DNA of 44,682 bases from Nemertoderma westbladi. Taxonomy: Eukaryota > Animalia > Xenacoelomorpha. Under the pieces are notes generated by a model. The model saw only the letters and a program-made list of their open reading frames with translations, did not search any database and had not been told where the DNA came from. Where the stretch lies: NCBI GenBank assembly GCA_032718475.1, contig JAUCBJ010003259.1, forward strand, positions 1 through 44,682, given 5' to 3'. The position numbers and the translations under genes are program-made. This document shows, piece by piece, positions 24,299-34,320 of this stretch. The first letter of the stretch is position 1. Each line of letters opens with the position of its first letter.

Positions 24299-24873
24299 AT
24301 AATAAATATTACGCTACGCGTACAAACCACTCAAACAAAATGCAGACCAAATACTGACAGACTACTATCAAGCCTAAACAAACTACGGTATATGCAGACT
24401 CCAAAATGATTAGTTAGTATGCGTTCTAACCCAGTAGTACGACTTATTCTTTAGATGGGGGTTTACCTTACAGCAATGGCTGCCCCTACTTCCTAACCAT
24501 TCTTTATCGGACGGGCTCTACACACACTACAATCCGTTCAGACCTAATAACAGCCAGACAACTATCCAGCCTACAAATTATCTAAATAAATATTATACGC
24601 TACCCGTACAGACTTACACAAACAAAGTACAGACTAAACGATGGCAGACTACTCTCAAGCCTAAATAAACCACAGGACATGCAGACTCCAAAATGGTTAA
24701 GTAGTATGCGTTCTAACCCAGTAGTACGACTTATTCTTTAGATGGGGGTTTACCTTACCGCTATGGCTGCCCCTACTTCCTAACCGTTCTTTATCGGACA
24801 TACACTCTACATGCACTGTAATCCGTTCAGACCTAATCAACAGTTAGCCAACAGTCAAGCCTACAAATTATCT
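24299..24873. repeat. Two ~287-bp tandem copies in the retroelement leader
   Basis: GCGTTCTAACCCAGTAGTACGACTTATTCTTTAGATGGGGGTTTACCTTAC at 24421 and 24708. Confidence 0.9.
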
Positions 24874-25210
24874 GTACAATCTGAGCAGGGTTACACGCCT
24901 TCTGCTCAATATCAACCTACTAGTAAATAAAACTGGCAGAAACGAGTAAACTATACAAAAGAATGAGGGGTGATCAATCCCTATTCCCCTGTCAGCCCAC
25001 AGTATACAATACCACAATCGAATAATACTGCTGTACCTGTACTGTTGTAGGTACCGGTCCGGATGATCAGGCAGTCAGGCCTACTGGTTACCGGTCAACC
25101 GGTACTTTCGACTAGATTGCTTACACCGCAATCCAGAAGCTATATCCGTTATTGTTCTTACCAGAACAATATTAAACTGTATTTAATGCCTACACTGCAA
25201 TACAGACTAG

Positions 25211-25221
25211 ATATCCGTTAT
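25211..25221 (-). promoter_or_regulatory. Non-tRNA sequence at the PBS position, complementary to LTR 25966-25976
   Basis: Minus strand reads ACA|ATAACGGATAT with no TGG. The LTR minus strand contains ATATCCGTTAT. Confidence 0.5.
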
Positions 25222-26424
25222 TGTTCGCGCTTTCAGACCTTTGGCAGTTTAACCCGCCAAATTAGGATGTCTTCTAGATAATAAATCGCTTTAGCCTCTA
25301 ACAAGTATTTGATTCACTACACTAGTTGAAACCAATCTGTGCGCGATCATTCACCCGTTGGATATACCCGGGAGATTGATTTCGACAGCTTAATCGTATT
25401 GCTATGTAAGCCTAATGTATTATTCGACTGACAGTATTCTATAATCTCTGACAATATTATTCACCTTCGGGAAATATTAACAGTTCCTTTAGGACGTGGC
25501 GCTCTATCTATATAAACAGAGTTATGACTTAAACTACTCACAACGATATGGCTTATTTACAATTCACATATATGGCGCATTCTTTAGGAAATGCTTCGTT
25601 ATCAGTCTCACTCATACACAATGCTGCACAATACTGCACAATAATCTGCCGATCTTCACTGATTTTAGTCACATATAAAAGGAACACAGACCGACTCATG
25701 TAGGGTCTATCAAATAACATTAGATTCACTTCAAACCACTTTAACATAAGTCACAATTGTTATATGTAACCTTTCTCTCTTACCTTCGGTATATCAAGAA
25801 TATTGGGTTTCGGGGTTATTTCTCGTTATTCCAAATATAATAATTCATCAACAAATATAATGAATAACCGACAGCAAAGCAGTAATGTTAAGTTAAGTTG
25901 CACAGTATGGGCCAGTTAACCAGTGTTAACCAGTGCAGATAACATTGAGTTACCCAGTTGGTTTGATAACGGATATATGTCCTTATAATTAAGCCTACTA
26001 GTGTAAGGCTAAAGCAGAAAAGCACAAAAATACTCCAAAGCCGTTCTTCCTGGCTTAGAATAACCAACACTGAACACTGATAAGAATAACTATAAGAATA
26101 CCAGCTACCCTTATTCTACAAAGATCTCACCCACCACAGAGAATGAGCATACAGATAGGAAATTCAGTTCAGTAGATCTGTGATAGGTCAAAATCAAAAC
26201 CAACTCAAATCCTATTGGCAGATACAGAAAGCAGGGCTATGGGGCAACCTTCCCAAGCTGGTTGGACGATCGAACATAGCCCAGATCCCTTCGTACAGCA
26301 AATCAGCCAATCAGCCGGTAGCTTGCACTATTCGAGCTAGAGATCCCTTTTTGAGTATTCCAGCGCCTTGGGGGGAACTGGTTAGCAAAGCAAACGAATC
26401 AGTTATCCCACAAAAGCTTTTACA
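25222..26424 (-). repeat. 5' LTR
   Basis: TGTTCGCGC…TTTTACA, upstream of gag on the minus strand. Confidence 0.97.
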
Positions 26425-27182
26425 CATGTGTTGAAAGAGCATCGAAATAGAAAATGTTTGTAGCTTTCCATGTAGTTTGAGCAAAATCCGAAACTCAATA
26501 GTAAGTAATATATATATATTAATATATATTCATATACATATAATATATAATATATATTCTTAATAAACTTCATAATTCCAGAACCATTAAATTAATTAAC
26601 ATTTTCCTAAGTACTAAATAATTATTTATACTAATAAATGTATTTAATGTGAACGATATACACCCCCCTTCTGTGGGTAGTGGATACATGACATGTCCAC
26701 CAAAAATACTATTCAATTAATTCAGCCAATTTAGTTATATATCCAATTTGAAGTTTATGCAATGTTACTCCTAGCGGCCAATGTAAGAAAATAGGAATTT
26801 TAGAATGTAAACCATTTAAATAAGTTTGACATCAATTTTCACTAACAAAATTCGGGTGATTTTTGATGATCGAATCTTACGGCGATTGGATGAATTAAGC
26901 CTAGAGCTATACAACACAAATGACACAGTAATGTTTAACCTTGGAGCTTGGGTGTTATTATTCCCTTGGGCAAAATAACACCTATGCAATTAATGAATTA
27001 AAGTGAAACACACCGAAAATTTTCCAATGCCCTTGGGCAAAATCAATATAAACACCCCCAAAATTTTCCAAGCCCCATTTTGTAAACTCTTCCCCCAAAC
27101 AATGCCCTTTTAGAATCTGTAAATAGTTGTTAAGGGACAAAAATAATCGAAATGCATACCATAATAAATGTGTAACAACTTA

Positions 27183-27315
27183 CTTATTCCCCAGAAGTTA
27201 GTTATTTTCCCAGTTATTTAACCCTTGGGCAGGAACACCCTCGGGCTTCGCCCTCGGGTTGTTTCCTGCCCGCGGGTTAAATAACTGGGAAAATAACTAA
27301 CTTCTGGGGAATAAG
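27183..27315. repeat. Near-perfect fold-back hairpin element, tip CCCTCGGGCTTCGCCCTCGGG
   Basis: CTTATTCCCCAGAAGTTAGTTATTTTCCCAGTTATTTAACCC and its exact reverse complement flank the tip. Confidence 0.9.
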
Positions 27316-28931
27316 CATAGTTATTTGTTTAACCCCAAAAAGACCAAGCCCCATTTTCTATACTGGACCCCCCAAACTAAACCCTATATAGAATCTGTTA
27401 TTACATTTAACAATCTGATAAGTAGCTTGTAAACATTGGTTTTGTTTTCCTAAGCACTGTGTTGTTTTGCCTGAATAAAAGTTCAACAACACAATTGTTC
27501 CTGGTTGTTTTTTTTTCCGGTTGTTTATTGCATGCTGCATGTTGTCATGAATTCAATACAATCGCGCACAAGAAGTGTTTTGTAATAAATAAAACAAGTT
27601 GAGATGTTTCAATGTAAACCGCGATTAACAATTTACACTGTTCAATGTAAACTGTACGATATTAATTACAGTAAATACAACAATTATATTATTATTATAA
27701 CAGATTTTTATATTTCAAACTATAATGTTAGCCTTATGGAGAATCATTGAGGCTGAGTAAACATTCAGCCTTATCAACATACAGCCTCCACAGTATTAAT
27801 GTTAGCACAAAGATTTCAAAATAAAAAAATAATTAGATGAGAGCTAGAGAGCACAGTACAATCAATAGTAGCCAACACACTGTGTAACTAACTAACAGTC
27901 ATTTAACTTGCATGTCAATTAATTAACATAGCAAGGATGCATTGGGAAGAGTTATTCAGCTGAGACTGTAATAGCCAGCTAAACCAGTTAAAGTTTGCTT
28001 ACTGTCTGGGTTGTAGAGTAGAGTGATAAAACTTTGCAGAGAAAGTACTTCTTTATTAGCTGGCCCTTTCTATTGAATGCATTACCAGGCCATCTCTATA
28101 CATTTTTCATGAGTTCCAGCTGGTGTTTTTATCATTGCGCCTATGGCAATTTTTGTGTTTTGGGGCTATTTTTCGAAATAAAACAAGTTGAGATGTTTCA
28201 ATTTAAACAAGTACCCATAGATATCTATTTTCATGGTCCATGCAAAATTTCATCAAAATCGTTACAGCGGTTTTTGCTCTAGGTCAGTAGTCAGTAGTCT
28301 TTTTTTCTTACAGTAATCAAGTCTAACGACTTGCTACTAACGACTTTCTAATTACTGCCTTTATATCAATACTAATTATATCAATATTATCGGCCCATGT
28401 GAAGTATGCGTGCTTTCTGCCGTTATATTTCACTTTGCAGTTACCCCCATGTGACGAATACCAGGTTTTCACCAAAAATACAGGTTACAGAAGGGCTGAA
28501 TCTAACCAAAACAATAAACAAATTAGTATATGTACAGGTTATAAGACAGAAATAAGCGATATAAAACACTTAATAAAGATAAATAAAAAAAATAATAAAT
28601 CTTCATATATAAAATTCCAATAAAAAGTCGACCGAAAAGTGAAATCCTGGTATTCTTCAACATGGGCGATATCATCACATAAAATAGGATGATAAGTTAA
28701 TAAATTTGTGAGTTATTACACCCCCTAAATAATCAGTACACAATAATTACAGTGATACAGATTACTACATATTTTTATTAGTTTAAGAATATTTACAGTT
28801 AAGGTGAGAAGTGATTAATTATCTAATAATAACACACACAATCAGATTATTATACATCTCCTCCTTTAACAAAGCCGCATTCAACTCCCCTAATAGTCTG
28901 TGTGCTGTATCAATGCCTCAGTGGGTGGTCT

Positions 28932-29844
28932 CAGGCCCGTATGGTGACCATTATATCTGGGGGGGGGGGGGGGGGGGCAGAGGCCAAATCTGGGGGGGCA
29001 AACCCATAATGGGTTTAGGGGCAAACGGCAAAGTGAGAGTTAATCTCGTACGTAAAGAAAAATCAATATTGTTGAAGAGTGTGTGGGGCGAGCCACGAAG
29101 TTGGAGGACCCTTGTCGAACTGGCACTGTTAAGGGAGTGGGCCAATAATAGCAAATAGTTGTTGTCGTTACGATTTTGACATGCCAATAACTTTATCGGA
29201 TTTATTTAAACCTGTCGAGTTTAAAATTTTTAAGCTTAAATATGACCAAAAGTTACGGTTAAAATTACAAAAAAAAGAAAATTTTAGATATGTATACCAG
29301 CACAAGCAACCATCAGCACCTAGCCTATTACTATTAGGTGCAAGCTGGCTCCCAAACTGCAGACAATACTGTAGGTCAACAGCGAACAACCCCTGCCCCG
29401 GTAGCCAATGAGAGAACCTAGAGCTTTTGTGTATTTTTAGTAATTATATGAACTGCAATCTTGAATTGCTATCAAAATCTATAAAGAGATGCAGTCTGCC
29501 AACAAGCTTTCCAGCCACATAGAACAAAGTAAGTGAGTAGCCACATACTGTAGAACAAATACATAACGGTACACCATACAATGTATTTCGGCACAGGCTC
29601 TGGCAGTGCCAGTGCCATTATAATTGGACCAAATGGAATGGTGGCGGAGTCAGGTCAGGTCAGTGGGTAGAATTAGTATGTGAATCCAATAATATTGATT
29701 ACCAACAATATTATTATTAATTAATTGTGAAAACAAGACGAGAGAACAAGACATGACTGGGGGGGGGGGGGGGGGGGGCAGTGGGTCTTGTCTGGGGGGG
29801 CAGTGCCCCCAAAGCCCCCCCCCCCCCCGCACGGTACGGGCCTG
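28932..29844. mobile_element. hAT-type non-autonomous element (913 bp)
   Basis: TIR CAGGCCCGTA…TACGGGCCTG, perfect 8-bp TSD GGTGGTCT (28924-28931 and 29845-29852), subterminal poly-G/C runs. Confidence 0.9.
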
Positions 29845-30163
29845 GGTGGTCTCCAGTATTACTGCAAGGCCCAACTCATCTCGGGGCAAGTTAGCAATCA
29901 GTCAATAATAAAAAGGAAAGCGAGCCGAAATTTAGTCAGAACAACCAAATCTATGGCCAAGGAGACATACAGTCTGGATTTAGCTGGGTCGAGTTAAAAC
30001 GCCTCGCCATAATGACCAAATAGCCCATACGAATACACTACATTTATTTGGTCATTTTGGCCGCCACAACGGCCAAGTTAACGCTTATTGGGATTGGGAC
30101 TGTATAAAACGCCCCCCTTTAACCCTATCAGGCCTGGGGCGCGGAGGGGGGGGGGGGGGGGGG

Positions 30164-30366
30164 TGTGCCGACAGTGTCGGCATAACGTTGTGCCGACAGT
30201 GTGCAGATAATGGACTGAGTGTCGGCACAATGTAATGCCGACACTGTCGGCACAACATAACGCCGACACTGTCGGCACAACGTAACGCCGACACTCAGCA
30301 CATTACCTGCACACTGTCGGCACAACGTTATGCCGACATTGTCGGCACAGCGTTTACACCCAGCTG
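30164..30366. repeat. Array of TGCCGACA(G/C)TGTCGGCA palindromes, probably a truncated MITE
   Basis: Repeated GCCGACA…TGTCGGC units ending in CAGCGTTTACACCCAGCTG. Confidence 0.7.
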
Positions 30367-30645
30367 TGTCCTGTGTGTGTGTAGTTTTAGCTGTTGTACA
30401 GACACATGCGCGGGGTACTTTCTGAGTAGGCCTACTCTTCATTTGGATTTAATTACAAAGAAATACAGTAGGCCTTATGTAGTCTACCCCCCCCCCCCCC
30501 CCCCCCCCTCTCACCCCCTCCCCCTACAGCTACGCCTCTGTAAAGAAGCTAAAGGCCGCACATTTTACGGAAATTGCCTTGACTTCCAGTACTGCTGCAG
30601 TTTGCAGTTTGACATCCCATCCTAATATCAAATCAAGCCTGATAT

Positions 30646-30891
30646 TACGGTGGCTGAATTGTGCCACTTAATACTTTTTTTTATTATTTTTTTTGAAGCG
30701 ACTTTTTGGTCGACCAAAAAGTACTTTTTGGTCGACCAATAAGTCGACTTTTTGGTCGACCAAAAAGTACTTTTTGGTCGACCAAAAACTACTTTTTGGT
30801 CGACCAAAAAGTCGACTTATTGGTCGACCAAAAAGTCGCTTCAAAAAAAATAATAAAAAAAAGTATTAAGTGGCACAATTCAGCCACCGTA
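30646..30891. mobile_element. Palindromic MITE, IS3EU-like (TACGG…CCGTA, 6-bp TSD)
   Basis: TIR TACGGTGGCTGAATTGTGCCACTTAATAC…. TSD TGATAT at 30640-30645 and 30892-30897. The interior is seven TTGGTCGACCAA palindromic units. Confidence 0.88.
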
Positions 30892-31020
30892 TGATATAGA
30901 TATGAGTATTGAGTATATCATTTTATATTGTCACTTCATTTCAATAGGCCTCCTGGGCTTGCAGTTTAAAGTTGCCTGTACCGGTATAGCCTGTTTCTGT
31001 TTTGTTGTTTTTCACAAATA

Positions 31021-31746
31021 ATGGCCGGACTGGAGTTGATATCGGACCAGGGATTACGTAACGACGGAAGACGTGCTGACGAACTACGTGGGATAAACTG
31101 CCGTCTGGGCGTGCTGAAACAGGCCGACGGATCCGCGTACCTGGAACAGGGCCAGACGTGTGTGCTGGCCGCGGTCTACGGACCGCACGAAGTCAACCGG
31201 ACTCGATCGATCGAAGATCGCGCGGTTATTAACTGCCAGTACACAACGGCGGCGTTCTCTCAGACGGAGCGTCGCGCCACCGATTCACGCTCGCAGCAAC
31301 TCTCGCTGCAACTCCAGCGTACACTGGAAGCCTGCGTGCTGACCGGGTTGTATCCGCGCTCCCAGATCGATGTGTTCGTACAGACGCTCCAATCGGACGG
31401 GGCCACGTACGCGGCCTCCGTTAACGCGGCCGCACTCGCGCTGGTCGACGCCGCCGTCCCGTTACGCGACTCCGTGGCGGCCTGCTCGGTTACCTACGCG
31501 GACGGGGAACCTCTACTGGACAGCAGCTACCTCGAGGAATCCGGTCGCGCTCCCTCACTCACTGTCGCTATCCTGCCCAGTACGGAGCGGGTTGTACTGG
31601 TGGACAGCGGGTCCCGGTTCCATATGGACCATCTGGACGGACTGGTGGACTCGGCTGTCCGTGGTTGTCGGGCTGTCCACCAAGTGTTGGACATCAAGGT
31701 GAGGCAGCATGTAGCGGCTACTAGTCAGCTGATTAATCAGTGGTGA
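31021..31746 (+). CDS. EXOSC4: Exosome complex component RRP41 (RNase PH family), intronless CDS
   Basis: MAGLELISDQGLRNDGRR…QADGSAYLEQG…VYGPHE…YPRSQIDVFVQTLQSDG…VNAA…RQHV follows the metazoan EXOSC4 sequence over its full 241 aa. Confidence 0.96.
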   Translation: MAGLELISDQGLRNDGRRADELRGINCRLGVLKQADGSAYLEQGQTCVLAAVYGPHEVNRTRSIEDRAVINCQYTTAAFSQTERRATDSRSQQLSLQLQRTLEACVLTGLYPRSQIDVFVQTLQSDGATYAASVNAAALALVDAAVPLRDSVAACSVTYADGEPLLDSSYLEESGRAPSLTVAILPSTERVVLVDSGSRFHMDHLDGLVDSAVRGCRAVHQVLDIKVRQHVAATSQLINQW

Positions 31747-32017
31747 CGTCACATCCGGGAAGTAGCGTCTACCAGTCAGCTTATTAATCAATAGTGACGT
31801 CACTTCCGGCATGTAGCGGCTACCAGTCAGCTGAGTAATAGGTGGTGACGTCACATCCGGCTTGTAGCTGCAACCACCCAGACCCAGCTGATTAATAGGT
31901 GGTGACGTCACATCCGGCACGTAGCTACCACTAGTCAGCTGATTAATCAATGGTGACGTCACATCCGGCATGTAGCGGCTACCAGTTAGCTGATTATTCC
32001 GTAGTGACGTAAATCCG
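31708..32017. repeat. 51-bp tandem repeat (6 units, one 57 bp) spanning the EXOSC4 stop codon
   Basis: TGACGT(C/A)A at 31744, 31795, 31846, 31903, 31954 and 32005. Confidence 0.92.
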
Positions 32018-32334
32018 TCACAGATTCTACTGTAACCGCCACCATCAATCCGGTCACGTCGAAACGCAGTAACATCATATATGTACTCTCGTTAACAAAC
32101 CGGATAATCTCCATAAAACATATGCTGTTCTGGTAATAATGAAGGAGATATATAAAATTTAATGATAATTAACTGTCAGAAGTATTTTTCTAATTTCGAG
32201 TATTTAATTTTTTTTAATAATGGCGCGCCACTTAATACCTGAGTTGAATTGAATTCATATGTGTATTGATTGAATGTTAATATTTTATAAATTGCAAGTA
32301 TTTATTTGCGACCCATCGAGATATAATGGGAATC

Positions 32335-34320
32335 AGACAGACGGTCGGATGAGCTCGGGGATCATATGACAGACGGTCGGACACACAGACATGCTCACAG
32401 ACAGACGGTAGGACACACCGGCAGGCTCACAGACAGACGGTAGGACACACCGGCAGGCTCACAGACAGACAGTCGGACACACAGACAGGCTCACAGACAG
32501 AGAGACAGACTGTCGGACAGACAGACAGACAGGCTCACAGACAGACAGACGGTCGGACACACAGACAATCTCGCAGGCAGGCGGTCGGACAGATAGACAG
32601 GCTCACAGACAGACGGTCGGACACACAGACAGGCTCACAGACAGACAGTCGGTCGGACACACAGACAATCTCACAGGCAGACGGTCGGACAGATAGAAGG
32701 CTCACAGACAGACGGTCGGACACACAGACAGGCTCACAGACAGACGGTCTGACAGACAGACAGGCTCACAGACAGACGGTCGGACACACAGACAGGCTCA
32801 CAGACAGACAGACGGTCGGACACGGACACACAGACAGACGGTCGGACACACAGACAGGCTCACAGACAGACAGTCGGTCGGACACACAGACAATCTCACA
32901 GGCAGACGGTCGGACAGATAGAAGGCTCACAGACAGACGGTAGGACACACCGGCAGGCTCACAGACAGACAGTCGGATACACAGACAGGCTCACAGACAG
33001 AGAGACAGACTGTCGGACAGACAGACAGACAGGCTCACAGACAGACAGACGGTCGAACACACAGACAATCTCGCAGGCGGTCGGACAGATAGACAGGCTC
33101 ACAGACAGACGGTCGGACACACAGACAGGCTCACAGACAGACAGTCGGTCGGACACACAGACAATCTCACAGGCAGACGGTCGGACAGATAGAAGGCTCA
33201 CAGACAGACGGTCGGACACACAGACAGGCTCACAGACAGACGGCCGGAGAGATAGACAGGCTCACATACAGACGGTCGGACACACAGACAGGCTCACAGA
33301 CAGACAGACGGTCGGACACGGACACACAGACAATCTCACAGGCAGACTGTCGGACAGATAGACAGACTCACAGACAGACGGTCGGACACACAGACAGGCT
33401 CACAGACAAACGGTAGGACACACCGGCAGTCTCACAGACAGACGGTAGAACACACCGGCAGGCACACAGACAGACAGTCGGACACACATACAGGCTCACA
33501 GACAGAGAGACAGACGGTCGGTCAGACAGACAGACAGGCTCACAGACGGTCGGATACACAGACAATCTCACAGGCAGACGGTCGGACAGATAGATAGGCT
33601 CACAGAGAGACGGTCGGACACACAGACAGGCTCACAGACAGACAGTCGGTCGGACACACAGCCAATCTCACAGGCAGACGGTCGGACAGATAGACAGGCT
33701 CACAGACAGACGGTCGGACACACAGACAGGCTCACAGACAGACGGTCGGACAGACAGACAGGCTCACAGACAGACGGTCGGACAGATAGACAGGCTCACA
33801 GACAGACGTTCGGACACACAGACAGGCTCACAGACAGACAGACGGTCGGACACACAGACAATCTCACAGGCAGACGGTCGGACAGATATTCAGGCTCACA
33901 GACAGACGGTCGGACACACAGACAGGCTCACAGACAGACAGACGGTCGGACAGACAGACAGGCTCACAGACAGACTCACAGACAGACGGTCGGACAGACA
34001 GACAGGCTCACAGACAGACAGACGGTCGGACAACGGACACACATACAATCTCACAGGCAGACGGTCGGACAGATAGACAGGCTCACAGACAGACGGTCGG
34101 ACACACAGACAGGCTACAGGCAGACGGTCAGACACACAGACAGGCTCACAGTCAGACGGTCTGACAGACAGACAGGCTACAGTCAGACGGTCTGACAGAC
34201 CGACAGGCTACAGGCAGACGGTCAGACACACAAACAGGCTCACAGTCAGACGGTCTGTGACAGACAGACAGACAGATTCACAGACATACGGTCGGTCATA
34301 CAGATATATACATAGACAGA
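32335..34320. repeat. ~2-kb compound (GACA)n-based minisatellite
   Basis: Modules ACAGACGGTCGGACAC / AGACAGGCTC / ACAATCTC; the plus strand is strongly T-poor. Confidence 0.95.

Larger units (their letters stand above)
13858..26424 (-). mobile_element. BEL/Pao LTR retrotransposon, non-autonomous (Gag-PR only), 12,567 bp, recent insertion
   Basis: Two 1203-bp TGT…ACA LTRs offset by 11,364 bp. 5-bp TSD CATGT at 13853-13857 and 26425-26429. BEL/Pao-type Gag and protease. Purine-rich GGGAGCGG next to the 3' LTR on the minus strand. Confidence 0.95.

Noticed and set aside
31744-31800. Stop-codon readthrough or selenocysteine at the repeated TGA-C
   Set aside because: The next unit ends TAG TGA, and no SECIS-like structure was recognised.
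31555-31971. 138-aa antisense ORF with PDVTSP repeats
   Set aside because: Explained by the 51-bp repeat and the antisense of a GC-rich CDS.
32535-34135. Minus-strand ORFs rich in S/V/C/L
   Set aside because: Translations of the microsatellite.
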